Of a stretch of 64,000 nucleotides of DNA, positions 24,941-37,906 are shown piece after piece. The DNA is from Trichodelitschia bisporula (lineage: Eukaryota). The stretch covers positions 1,055,803 to 1,119,802 of the forward strand of contig ML996687.1 of the NCBI GenBank assembly GCA_010356995.1. The letters run 5' to 3'. The translations under genes and the position numbers were made by a program. How positions within the stretch are numbered: position 1 is the stretch's first letter; each line of letters begins with the position of its first letter. The notes below the pieces were generated by a model. That model was given only the letters and a program-made list of their open reading frames with translations. It was not told the origin of the DNA and did no database searches.

Positions 24941-27592
24941 CTAGTATGCCGCAGGTCTGACATCCTCATACAGCCGCCTTTCTGCCATCGCCTCCGCTAT
25001 AATCTCTGCAAAGCGTTCAACCGGATTGCTCGCTTCCTTCGCCCGCTCAATAGCTGTAAGCACCCGCTTGATGCCCACGCCCACATCGCCCGACCCTGTC
25101 AGATCTTGTATGATCTCCAAGGCACCGGCAATTTCACGGTCGTCAAACGAACGCTTCTGCCGCAGCACTGCAGCTAGTTCGTCGCGGCTGTTAACGTTGG
25201 GCACGGCGATTTGCCCCGTAAAGTACTGCAACAAATCCAGTTGCTCCAGCACCGAGCGCTTTGACGTTGTGCACAAAACAAGCCGGCGGCGGCCTTTGGG
25301 TGGCGTCTTGGTCAGCAGGTTGCGCAGCGCACTGAGTACGTTGTTGCTGAAGCGGGGGCCGATAGGCACCCAGTCGACTAGGAGTTCGATGTTGTCGACG
25401 ACGACTACGCTGAGAGGGCTCTGTAGGATATTAGAATACCTCTGCTCCTTGTGAACAGTAGCGAAACGTACCTTATCTGCATCACGGAACACCTTGTCCA
25501 ACTGGCCAATCTTCTGGGGCTCATTGAATCCCACCATGTCCTGCGGGCTGATGAGCTTGATGAAGGGGAACTCGGAGTCAATCGCCAAACGCGCTGCGAG
25601 AGCTGTCTTGCCGCTGCCAGGTGGGCCATGCAGCAGCGTGGTCAGAAGACGCATAGAGTTCGGGTTGCGTACAGTGGCGATGTCCTGGCGGCCGATATTG
25701 AGGATGCTGTCCATTGTCGGCGAAAAGTGCAGGATGCCACCAGAGTAGCACTCGCCCAACTCCTCCTCAGCCACGCCGAACAGTGGCTTAGTCTCATCGA
25801 GCGCCGCAAAGAAGTCCATCATCTTGACCTTGATGTTGACCACATCGTCGCTGATGCTGGCCATGGTACCTACCTTGATATGACGGCTGAACGCAAAGGA
25901 AGACGCGGCCCGCACCAGGCCGCTTATTTCAGCGCCGGAGAAGTTCTTCGTGCGGCGTGCGAGCTCGGGGAGGTCGACATCATCATCGAGGAAGCCGTTG
26001 CCTCGCATCTGTGCGGTGTGGATGTTGAGGATCTGAACGCGGCCATGTTCGTCCGGCAGACCAATTTCCAGATGGACTTCTAGACGGCCGGCACGGAGAA
26101 GCGCCTCGTCAATCATGTCCATGCGGTTCGTCATGCCGATGAGCAGGATGTTGTTCAACTGGTCGACACCGTCGAGCTTCGATAGCAGCTGGTTGACGAC
26201 GCTGTCTCCGACGCCCGTGCCACCGCCGGTTCCACTGCCTCTCTGCTTGCAGACGGCATCTAACTCGTCAAAGATGATGATGTGAAGGCCACTCTCATCA
26301 CCTTTTTCCTTATACTCCTTTTCCGCATCTGCGAAGAGCTTCCGAACATTCTCTTCGGACGCACCGACGTACTTGTTCAGGATTTCGGGACCATTGATAA
26401 CCTTGGGCTCTCTCGCGTTCAACATTTTTCCGATTTGACGTGCGATCAAGGTCTTGCCCGTACCTGGCGGGCCGTACAACAAGATTCCCTTGACGTGCAT
26501 AATGCCCATGCGCTCCACTAGCCCAGGTGGGAAGAGACGAGATGCAAAGGCCTTGCGGAAAATGGCACTGAACTCCTTATCAAGGCCACCGATGCCCATG
26601 TCCTCGAACTTGAAATTTGGTTGCAAGATGGAGTTGGCCGCAGGCCGCCGTATAGAAGCCTTGAGGCTGATGGTGCTCCTAGCATCCTTGAAAAAGTTGA
26701 CTTGTGTCTGCCTCGTCACAATGCCGCGGGCTCCCGGATCGGTGCGAGTAGGCGCGTCGGAGGACGTCTTTTCCATGGATAGGTCGGCCAGCTGAACGGT
26801 GCGGATGATGATTTTCAGCGGGATGTTTCTGACATCCAGGAGCGTATGCTGGCCGGGAGAGAGTATCTGGCTTTCAAATGTCTGCCACATGTTAGCATTC
26901 AGCCAAATAGGCCACTATGGATGTGTTAAGCACCCAACCCACCTTTGTAAATATGTCAGCCAGCTCCTCCTGGTCGTACGGAGTTTCGGTTGTCCGCCTC
27001 GCAGCAAATCCAATTTCGGCGTCAATAGACCCCAAGTAACCTTGAGAATTGTCGTTGAATGGCTCATACACCTGAGCCTGCACTACGTCGTTCGGGCCTA
27101 TGCCGATACCAGCCCATGTCCGCTGCGCATCGGTGAGACCAATTTCGCCCGGGCGGCATTGTTCCATGGGCCGTGCAGTGACGACAAACATGCCGTTGAG
27201 CAAAAGGTAGACATCCTGGCGGTCCCCAAAGTCGACTGGCGACACAGCAGCCCTGTGGCGGGGTTAGCAAAACTTTTACATGTAGTGATTTGGACATACA
27301 AGTTTCCAAATGCATACGCATTTCCTCCCGGATTCTTCACGGGACGGAGCTGTGCGTTGGGAGCCCCGCGCGAGGGCACGGCCTGTTGAGATGGCGGTTG
27401 CCTCCCGACCGGCGGGCGCTGCGCAGCACCTCCACCATACTGGCGAGGGGGTTCGTCATTGCCACCGTAGCCACCAGCGCCAGACGGCTGAGGACGGCTG
27501 TAGTTTTGCGAAGGCCGTTGCTGGCCCGGCTGCTGCGAGTCGGACCGGCCGCCGAAGGGATTCATTGAAGGGAGGCCTGTACGGTTGAACAT
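24941..27592 (-). CDS. SEC18: Vesicle-fusion AAA ATPase Sec18/NSF
   Basis: GIGGLDKEFSAIFRKAFASR, GPPGTGKT, IIFDELDA, second Walker A GPPGSGKT, VPIGPRFSN. Introns ~27254-27299, 26882-26942 and 25421-25471. Confidence 0.97.
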
Positions 27593-28252
27593 GGGGTGGG
27601 GGGGTCGATGAGGATGGTTTGCGCAGGTTTAGAAGCCGAGTGGACGTTCAAAGTAGGTTTAGAGCATGCAACAGCGAGGTTTGTGGGCAGCGAAGTGAAG
27701 GTGTAAGGTGGCGAGTGTACTGAGTTACAACGTATTCGTAGGGTGGATTGAAGTCAGCTCCAAGCACCTAGTTCTATACCCCGGTTCAACAAGCCGCACG
27801 CGTGAACGTGGGGTCTCTTCAGCCCTATCGAAAGCGTTTCCGACTGTGGGGAAAGATGGGATCACAACAGCGCTTGTTGGAGCCAGCAGTGACTTCGTTT
27901 ACTCGAGACTACAAGGACAGCTTAATTGAATGTTGTGGAGGAATGAATATCAAAGGTGAAAATGGAAACACTTGACCTGAGGCGACAGCTTTCAATTGCA
28001 AGGAAACTGGAGCCTTGCACGTGATATTATAATATACTATGTAGCACTCTCCCAACCCCGACCTCCCTAACTTCACAGCGAACAGAAAAGCGACTCAAGA
28101 TGCTTTCATATACACCTTTGCTGGTACGTTACTTAGCTATGCATGCACTGTACTTTGTACACACGGGTATTGAAAGTCAATATGCTAGTGTATGGCAGAT
28201 GCGTACAGAGGCAATCGGACCCTCCCATCTGGCATCCTCGATTCGCATCATC

Positions 28253-29176
28253 TCACATGGTATGCCCCTCGGCCGCATACCCCCAGTCCTGTTCGAACTT
28301 CGGCCATCCGCCCTCCGGCTCCTCGCAAAATTTGAGCTCATGTACGACAAAGTCGTACACTCCATCTGCTGGAATCGTCTTGTTGCACACATCACCACCC
28401 ATGGCGATGTTCAACACCACACGCCAATCCTCAAACCTCCTCGTCCCTGGCGGCCGTGACGCCCTCATAACCGGCACTCCGTCCACGTACCACACGCAAC
28501 GACCCCCATCTCCCGAAGGCGGTTGTTCCCACGCCCACCCAAAGCGATAAGCCCGCATGCCTAGCTCCGGAAGCGGGGTCTCGGCAACACGGTGCTTCTT
28601 TGCGTCTGCTGGGGTAAAGTGCCCCCAGTGTAAGCAAGCGTGGTTTGTGCGGCTCGCGTTCCATGCCTCGAATATGTCCACCTCCCCATCCGTCGGCCAG
28701 GCAAACGGTTCAGACGGCAGAAGCCAAAAAGCTGGCCAGATCCCCCTGGCGCAGGGTGCCGTCAGCGTGGCGGTCACAAAGCCTTGTGCGCGGCCGAGTG
28801 TTGCGTGCGTATTAAAGCGCGTTGAAGTATAGCGTTCCTCGGGGGGAAGGTGGGATGCCGCGATGGCACGGAGAACAAGGGCATTGCCCTGTGCGTGGAA
28901 GGCGTTCTCTGGACGGGAGACGTATGTTTGCGCCTCGTTGTTGCCCCAACCGCCGGCACCGAGATCGGGACGAAAGTTTGCTGTTACAGGGTTTGAGGGA
29001 GAGAAGTCTGCTTGCCAGTAAGGCGGTGGAGGAGGGCCGAGCGATTGCTGCAGGTTGGGATTGTATGGGGGTTTGGAAGCGGAGGGAACGGGAGGAGGAG
29101 TGGAAGAAAGGCCATTTTTGGCGAGGATGTCCTCGAACTTCTGCCTCTGCTTCGCAAAGGCTTCCCGGAACACCAT
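28253..29176 (-). CDS. GH16 (ConA-like) glucanase-family protein without signal peptide
   Basis: GAGGWGNNEAQTY, GIWPAFWLLP, catalytic GEVDIFE (ExDxxE), LNIAMGG. Confidence 0.88.
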   Translation of the reverse strand: MVFREAFAKQRQKFEDILAKNGLSSTPPPVPSASKPPYNPNLQQSLGPPPPPYWQADFSPSNPVTANFRPDLGAGGWGNNEAQTYVSRPENAFHAQGNALVLRAIAASHLPPEERYTSTRFNTHATLGRAQGFVTATLTAPCARGIWPAFWLLPSEPFAWPTDGEVDIFEAWNASRTNHACLHWGHFTPADAKKHRVAETPLPELGMRAYRFGWAWEQPPSGDGGRCVWYVDGVPVMRASRPPGTRRFEDWRVVLNIAMGGDVCNKTIPADGVYDFVVHELKFCEEPEGGWPKFEQDWGYAAEGHTM

Positions 29177-30188
29177 TAGGGGTGATGATATCTCCAGAAA
29201 TGGGAAAGAGCTTGTCCGGTAATGGGTTCACTGCAGATTCGGGATGTTAACTGGGTGGCGTGCGGCGGGCCGGATGACTGGGGGATTATTAAAGCGAAGA
29301 TAGAGCTCATGCAACTGAAATCACATGCCGCTTAACCGTTCCACTGGCGTGCAGAGGTGCTCACCGGCTATCATGGTAAAGCGCACGCCCAAGACCCAAG
29401 AGGTGGGAAAGTGGGTTTCTTCCCAGTTGCTAATCCGTTAATACCCCATTCCGGCCTGGTACAGAGCGTGTTAAAGACATGAGATTTTACGGGCATCAGA
29501 CTACATAAAAAGCTACTCAGCACAAATGAGATGTTGCTCGAGGGAAGAAAGGATAAAGCGAGCAAGAAACGGGAGACGAGGGAAGAGAATGGATCAGGAG
29601 GTGCGCCGACATAATAACGTAACGTGTATGAAAAGTGTGGTCAAGAGCCACACGAAAAGGTCGTGGCCATGCCTCTCCGCAAAGAAGCTAAGGCATGGCA
29701 GCCACAACTTTCTCTGGCGGCCCTTCACGTTCTTCGTTTTCTTGGCAGATGGTTTGTGCGCATCGCAACCCAAGATCACATGACATGCTAGACGGGACGC
29801 GGAGCTCTCCTTCACTCATCAACGCTCACACGCTCTCACCTCCGCGACTTGTCACTCCAGCATTCTCCATCGCCGCCCCACAAACTTGTCAACTTCTACA
29901 TGCGCATCACACCCCTCAGAGTCTCTGAGTTGGTTTAAGGATCCGCTTCCGCTGTTGCACCCAACCTCGAAACCTTGCCACTACGCGATCGCCCGGAAAC
30001 GATCCCCCTCCCCCCGCGTCTGCTGTTGCGCCTTTCCACAGCAAATCTCCCCTCCGATGAAATTGCCTTCCACATACTAGGGTCGGTGGAGTGCTAGTTG
30101 GCGTTGTCGACGTTGTCGGTGTTGTCGACGGGTATTGCACCTCCACCTTGCACAACTGCAGGAACGGCGTCCCTCAGACATCAACAAG

Positions 30189-33100
30189 ATGCCGCACGCT
30201 ACTGATGTTGGGGACACTTCCGGGGATAATCCGGAGATGCAGGGTGTTGAGGAAGAGTTAACACTGGGGGGCTTCGACATAACTGAGCTCCTCCTTAACG
30301 GCGACGACACTCAACTCCTTAGAGAACTAGGGGAGGGAGAAGAGAAGGCTCCAGATGCTGTTGATTATGGGGACTTGAGCGACGACGACTTACCTGACGA
30401 GGAGTCTGAAATCGATGACAACGCCAAAGCGGTTCAGGGCCCCGAAGTCAAGGATCCTTCATCACCGAGTCACTTAGAAGATGACATGGCCGACCTCTTT
30501 GGTGAGGATCCCAATCCTCCCGCTCCGGACGTCGGCAACCAAGCTCTCCATCGCCCGAAGCTGTCTCTACCCAGCCTTTCCCTCCCGTTTGGAGGCCTCT
30601 CGCTCCCGGCTGTTTCATCGCCGCAGACGTACGAGGCGCCAGTCAGCGTGACACAGGCTGATAAGAGGCCCAAGGTCAAAGCCTACGTCCTGCCGACGGA
30701 GGAGGACATGAGGCGTCAAACTGCAAGCCTCTTGGAGAGTCTCGCGACCCAGGACGACAAAGATGCTCAAGAACAGGCACGGCTGCTGTCCGCTGCCAAA
30801 GATGATTGGGACCACAGCGTGTTGACTGGCGCGCCTCTGCGCAAGACCTCGCAGCTTCACCCAGGAGCTGCCCCAGAGGTGCCAGAGGATATCGACCTCT
30901 GGTATCCTGGGTTCCGCCAGGACGAGCCGCCCCACTTCCACTCTCTTATGCCCTCGACGTCAGCGCACTTTAGAGGCGAAAAGCCCAACAAGCCGCCCAA
31001 GCCGATATTCCCTTCCAAGGTTAATCTCGAGCCGGATGTGGATCACGAACGCCTGTTTAAGCTAAAATCCGCTTCAATGTCGCAGAAACGGCTGCGGGAT
31101 GAGTCCGTCGCGCAGGGAATAGTTTTCTGTGTGGAACCAGAGGAGAAAGTGCAACAAGAATGGGATGACGACATTGAAATGGTCGACTTGGATGACGATG
31201 AGGAGCTGGGCGGCGTTACAGTTGCCGACTTGCGCATACTTTGCGAAGACTGGTCCCATCTGGTCGACAGCGATGCCGAGGATGAAGGTGCGCATGCTGC
31301 AAAAAGGCGTAAGCTCGATAATTCGCAGGAAGCCCCGATATTCGACGCGCAGGAGTGCCTGAAGCCGAACATCATCCTCATGGAGCAGTTTCCGTCGCTC
31401 GATGATCCCGAAGAGCTTACTGCCGAACTCTCCAAACGCCTTCTCTTGGACCTCAACGACCCTTCGCTGCTCATCGATATTGACCGGTCCGCCGCCGTGA
31501 ACACAGATATTCGGAAAATGGGACGCCTGGTCCGTCGGGATGCGCAAGGGAGTGTGAAGAGTGCACTTGCGCAGAAGTTCAACATCGCCAATGATGAATC
31601 CTATACACTCCTTAAGGATAATCACTCTAACCGGGTCCGGAGTACCCTGACCGACATGAATGTGGAGCACAGCATGCCTGCCCTTCGGCTGCAGTACCCT
31701 TTCTACAAGGTCAAGCTCACCGTTCGCGAAGAGCGCTCCTTCCACCGCCCGGCAATGCACTTCGCCCCTAACCAGCGCATATTGTTCGAGGAGCCCGCCC
31801 GCCTTAAACTCAAGAACGTGAAAGGCAAACCAGCCCGCGAAGTTTTCAGCAAGACCAAAGATCTGACTCTGGCTGACAACTCCCACGCCGTGTTGATGGA
31901 GTATTCGGAGGAGTGTCCCCCGATCCTCAATAACTTCGGCATGGGCAGTCGTTTGGTTAACTACTACCGCCGGAAGGATGAAACCGACACCGCGCGGCCC
32001 AAGCTGCATGTAGGCGAGACACAGGTGTTGCTTCCCCAGGACAAGAGTCCATTTTCCATCTTTGGCGATATCCCGCCTGGGGAGATTGTACCTACGCTTC
32101 ACAACGCCATGTACCGCTCTCCTGTGTTCAAGCACGATCCAAAGCCAACGGACTTTCTTGTTATTCGCACCCGCACAGGAAAAGAGGGCACCAGGTGGTT
32201 TTTGCGCAACATCGACCACCTCTTTACCGTCGGGCAAGAGTTTCCCTCGATTCCCGTCTTCAACAGCGGTGTTCGCCGTGTGGGTGATATTTCCAAAGTG
32301 CGCATGAAGATGATTGCCTTCCGCATCTACAAAAAGAAGCTCAACTCGAAGGCACGCCAGCCATGGCTGACCAATGAAGAACTTCGACAGCACATACTAC
32401 CCGCCGAGCACCAAAATTCTCGCGGAAAGGTTAAGGAGTTCATGGCGTACAACAAGGAGACGGGATCGCTGGTACCCTTGGCGCCATACTCTGACTCGTT
32501 CCTCCCAGATGAGGAAACTTTTCGCACTTGGATCAAACCCGAGGAAATCTGCTCTCTGGACTCGATGCAGATGGGCGCTCGTCAGTTAGCCGACGCTGGG
32601 TTCGAGAAGATCAACATTGATGGTAAAGCGGAAGATATGGCCTTCGATGAGCTTATGGCCCCTTGGGCGACGAGCAAGCACTTCCTGGAGGCATGTACTC
32701 GCAAATCTATGGTGGAGCTCCATGGCAGAGGCGACCCGTCTGGCCGCGGCGAGGCATTCAGCTTCATCAAGTGTTCCATGAAGGGCGGGTTCAAGCCTCT
32801 GGGTGAGAGTGTGGAAGATAAGCTGGATGCTAAGCGGCGAAAGGACAACGGTGGTCACAGTTACAACGTAGCCCGTCAAACCGAGGCATACGAGTTTGCG
32901 TTGAAGCATATCTGGAATGCGCAGTTGCGCAGCCTGTCATCAACCCATGAGCACGAACTCGACACTGAGGTAGAGGATCAGAACCCCAACAACCAATGGC
33001 GATCTGAGGCCGGCACTCCTGCCGCACACTCTCGTTTGGGTGATGAGTCCGCCAGTCAAATCAGTAGGCAGGACAACGCAGAGAGCACTCGGGTCCTTCG

Positions 33101-33876
33101 TATCGTGCGCACCATCGTCGGTAAAAACGACAAGCCGGAGCAGGTCGAGGAAATTATCCACGACCGACGCGTCATCAATGCGTACATCAAGCGGCGCCGT
33201 GAGATGGAGGCAAAGGCTATCAGTCTAGAAGACCTCAAGCCTACCGGCGACCCAGAGCTGGACAAGGCGAATGAGGCTAGGCTGATGGGCGAGCTCTCCC
33301 GCTTAGAGAAGAACAAAGATCGGCGGATGGGGCGCGAGAGGATGAAGGGGAAGAAGCGTTCCAAGCTAGAGGGTTCCGAAGCACCAGGCGACGAGGCGGG
33401 GTACATGGAGACTCCTTCCGGCTCGTATCCTATGGACAACCTCCCAGGAACTCCAGGTGAACAGGGTTCGCAGTCCAAGGAAAAGGGCAATACCGACAAG
33501 GTTTGCACGACCTGCGGCATCCGCGGTCACATCAAAACGAACAAGAAGTGAGTTTTTCTAATCTCCTAAGGCCGAAGCACCTCTAACGCTATACAGGCTT
33601 TGTCCCATGCTCAACGGCACGATAGCCACGACCGGCATATGTCCGCCGGACTACGTGATGCCAGATTTTGATCAGGCCGCCCTTGCGATGAAGTCGGGTA
33701 GGGGTCGTGGCAGAGGCGCGAAGGCCGATGGGGGGACAACCAGGGGTCGCGGTGGAGGTCGACCGCGTGGTGCAGGCAGAGGCCGCGGTGCAGCTCCATC
33801 ACCAGCTTCCACAGCGGCCTCTCCGCATCCACAGTCGGCGTCAGGTTTCATGTCGGCCGGTGGATTCCCGTTTTAA
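30189..33876 (+). CDS. TAF1: TFIID subunit Taf1
   Basis: DAVDYGDLSDDDL (TAND), VEHSMPALRLQYPFY, EYSEECPP..NFGMGSRLVNYYR, LHGRGDPSGRGEAFSF, zinc knuckle CTTCGIRGHIKTNKK|LCP. Intron 33548-33596. Confidence 0.95.
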
Positions 33877-34252
33877 GGGTATTAGCTGCTCGGCGGTGGG
33901 ACCCGTTTGTGAGATGGTTCGCTGAAGGAACTGCTTTAATTGCATTCAAGGGTGTTCGGCGCTTCGGAAAAACGGACAGCGGGTACTTTCTTTCTACCAA
34001 GGTTTACGGGTAGCATGGCATGGGCTGGTGGTAAAGGTTAGGCGCAAGGAGGTTACGGTTCTGCATTGTAACATAATCCCGCCTTAGTTCTAGAGGGCCG
34101 GGTTATGGGTGGAGTCTGAGGAGGCATTACTGTGGATGGACTTGATCCAAGGACGGTGCATACCGAATATGAATCTATCCATCACTTCGCCCCAGGAATC
34201 GAACTTCAGATCAAGTGCATGGTGATCGGTAACACTTCGTATATAACAGTAC

Positions 34253-35229
34253 CTATGCCACCGACAAATCCTTAGGCGGAACACCACTCGGGCTCTTAAA
34301 CTCGCCATTCAAGCTGAAGCCCGGTCCATGCGTCGAGCTGAGTACCACTTCGTGCACCTCCTTGCTTACCCGATCGCTCAGCAGCCCCATATCCTTCCGT
34401 AGCTGCTCCATGAACGCGCGAATATTGCGTTGCAGCTGATCCGGCGTAAACGCCAGCTGTCCCACCGACATCCGCACCACGCCCAAGCGCTCTTTGTACT
34501 CGCTACCGCCAACCAAATCGCGCACCATGATCGCCACATCCTTGACTACGGTCCCCGTCTTCGCGCTGGGCATCAGGCCGCGCGGACCGAGGATGCGGGC
34601 GACACCCGCCTTGTTCAACGCCTGCAGCGAGTCGACATGACAGATACAGCGGTCAAACTCGATTTTGCCCTCCTTTATCGCAGCGAAAATTTCCTCGTCA
34701 CCGGCCATCGCAGCGCCGGCTTTCAGCGCCGCGACCGCAGTGGGGCTGTCCGGTGGGCAGATAACGCAGATGCGCACGTCTGTTTTGACGGGGTGCGGGA
34801 GGCGTAGGCGGTTGCGGAGGATGGGGCCGTTCTTAAGGGTGCGGAGCTTGACATGCAGTTCGTATTTAGGGGAGGAGGGAGGGTAGCCGACTTCGAAGGC
34901 GCGGATGTACCTGGGAGGTGATGCGTTAGCGGAGACTGGTTGAGAGGGCATAAGGTCGCCCACCGCATCGCGTCACAGAGGGAGAACTGCTCGGCGCGCT
35001 TGAGGTCGTAGTTGATGAAGGTGTTGCGGGCTTTGTTCTTCTTCTTTGCCGCGGTTGCGGTGTCTTTGCGCTTGTATTTTTGGGCATTTAGACTGTGAGC
35101 ACCGCCGCCGATGGCCGCGCCACGGGCCTGTTGGAGGGGAACGAGGGGACATTGGAGGTGTGGTCTTCGAGGGGCGGGGGAGAATATCCTGCTCCAGCAG
35201 GAGGTGAATCTGGATGCTATCGAGGCCAT
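34253..35229 (-). CDS. MRPL1: Mitochondrial ribosomal protein uL1m
   Basis: Basic presequence; QFSLCDAMR|YIRAFEVG; LRLPHPVKTD; RILGPRGLMPSAKTGTV; VVLSSTHGPG. Intron 34911-34963. Confidence 0.92.
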
Positions 35230-35544
35230 GGCATTGAGGGGCGGAGGAAGGAGATGGTGAAGCCTTCAGTTTGCGGAGACGCTCGCGGAGGTTTGGATGG
35301 AAAGTTTGGAGGTGACCTTTTTGCCTTGGCGAGCTTACAGCCATTGGGCTGGTGGGTGGCGCTCGATGCAAGCAAACCCCCACCTTGCATGGGATGACTC
35401 CAAAAGCTACACTCTACAGACTTTGCCCCTCCACTTCGCTGATTCAACCCAATTTGCTTTCACAAAGGTTGTGTTTGCTGTATCTGCGCTCTTCTCTCGC
35501 TCTACCACCCACTGCACTACTAAACCACTTGCAATACACTCACC

Positions 35545-37482
35545 ATGGCCGCCGCCGCTATCAAAGAATGGATTGAGCGCGCAACCCAGTTCAGCGTCAA
35601 GGACCGCAAGGCCCTCGAGGCTGCTTTTACCGAGCTCGACGCCCACCTCACCTTGCGCTCGTACATAGTCGGGTACTCTTTGACGGATGCGGACGTGGCT
35701 GTCTGGAAGGCTATTCGCGAGAATCACCTTGCCTACTCCTTCATCAAGCAGGGCCTGTTGGTCAACGTTTCCCGCTGGTTCCGGTACATTGAGGAGACCA
35801 ATCCGACAGTCACATCTCTGCCCCAGATGCCGGCCAAGTCTAAGGCTGCTACGGAAGAAAAGAAGAAGGAGGAGAGCGGCAACTTCGAAATCGGACTTGA
35901 GGATACGTCTAAGGGCGTTGTCACGCGCTTCCCGCCGGAGCCTTCGTATGTATTGTGTCATAGATTTTGAAGCAAAGCTAACTGAAGCAGAGGCTACCTC
36001 CACATCGGCCATGCCAAAGCAGCAGTCATCAATGACTACTTTGCGCACGACAAGTACAAGGGTACCCTGATCCTCCGCTTCGACGATACCAACCCCACCA
36101 AGGAGAAGGAGGAGTTCCAGGACTCAATCGTCGAGGATCTCGAGCTCCTCGGAATCAAGCCGGACAAGCGCACCCATACCAGCGACTATTTCCAAGAGCT
36201 GCACGACTACTGTGTGCAGATGATCAAGGAAGGGACCGCTTATGCCGATGACACCGCGCAGGAAGTTATGCGACAGCAGCGCATGGAAGGCATCCCTAGC
36301 AAGGAACGCGATGCATCACCCGACGCCAACCTCGCTCACTTCAAGGAAATGGAGAAAGGGAGTGAGGAGGGCAAGCGTTGGTGCATCCGGGCGAAGATTT
36401 CTGTCGACGACCCGAACAAGGCCATGCGTGACCCGGTCATCTACCGCTGCAATCCGCAACCCCATCACCGCACGGGCTCGACGTGGAAGATCTACCCCAC
36501 ATATGATTTCTGCTGTCCTATCGTGGACAGCATCGAGGGTGTGACGCACGCTCTGCGTACGACCGAGTACAAAGACCGTGACGCGCAGTACCAGTGGTTC
36601 CTTAAGGCGCTGCGCCTGCGGAACGTCTACAACTGGGACTTTTCTCGCCTGAACTTCATTCGCACCCTGCTTTCAAAGCGCAAGCTGACCAAGTTTGTCG
36701 ACACGGGCCTGGTTTGGGGCTGGGACGACCCGCGCATGCCGACGGTGCGGGGTGTTCGTCGCCGCGGGTGCACTGTTGAAGCTCTGCGCGAGTTCATCCT
36801 CAAGCAGGGCCCGTCAAAGAACATTGTCAACCTGGACTGGACGACTTTCTGGGCTACGAACAAGAAGTACATTGACCCCATCGCTGGGCGCTACACGGCT
36901 GTCGACAACAAAAACAGCGTGACGGCGACGGTGCGCGGAGCGTCTGCGCAGCCACATTCTGAGCAAAAGGAGCTGCACCTGAAGAACAAGGAGCTCGGGA
37001 CCAAGAAGGTGGTATACAGTTCGAGCATCGTTCTGGACCAGGCGGACGCGTCATCGTTTGCTCAAGATGAGGAGATTACCTTGATGAACTGGGGTAATGC
37101 CATCGTGCGCAGCATCAGCCGCAACGATGCAGGCCTCGTGACAGGCCTGGAGCTCGAGTTGAACCTCGCCGGCGACGTCAAGAAGACGAAGAAGAAGGTG
37201 ACCTGGCTCAGCAAGGACCAAGCGCTGGTTCCTGTCGAGCTGGTGGACTTTGATTTCCTTATCACCAAGGACAAGCTGGATGAGGACGACAATTACGAGG
37301 ACTTCCTCACGCCGCAGACTGAGTTCCGCACCGAGGGGCTGGCGGACGAGAACGTGGTGCGGTTGCGTGAAGGCGATATCATCCAGTTTGATCGCAAGGG
37401 GTACTTTAGGGTGGATCGGGCATACTCCGAGGGGAAGCCGGCTGTGTTCTTCCAAATCCCGACCGGAAAGGGCGGAAAATAG
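35545..37482 (+). CDS. GUS1: Cytosolic glutamyl-tRNA synthetase
   Basis: GST-like N-terminus; VVTRFPPEPS|GYLHIGHAK; LRFDDTNP; LLSKRKL; WGWDDPRMPTVRG. Intron 35946-35990. ATGACTC at 35394-35400 upstream. Confidence 0.97.
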
Positions 37483-37906
37483 ACTACACATACTGCTAGT
37501 GAACGGATCAAATGTAATTCCTTGCATTCGAGCAACTTTATAGCTCTGTTCCATAATCTCAGCCTTACTCAGCCGACACGTAAAGAAGACGGAGTATTGA
37601 TTATCCGGCTGTCTCTAGGATAGTTGGTGACTTTTTGGGGTCCAGAGCCACCCGAAAATATTGTCGCTGGTTCCCTCCGCAAAATGCCCAGAAGAAGGGG
37701 CCATAACTTTCTCGAGCAGTCCTCGGTGTGACTGCCGCCTGTTGAAAGGCACCACTTGCTCTGCGCGGCGCGACTGCAGAGCCAACCCACGTCACAGCAC
37801 TGCACCGCGTACCTCGATCTTTTTTTCCTTACACCGTACCTCCATCACTCAGACTCTGTGAGGATCTCTTGCAAACACTCCCGCGGCTAAGCCCGCTGTT
37901 GCGAAA

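Noticed and set aside
31074..32393. 439-aa antisense ORF in TAF1, and similar antisense ORFs in PRP31, PRP46 and the kelch gene
   Set aside because: Shadow ORFs expected from GC-rich codon bias; no domain features.
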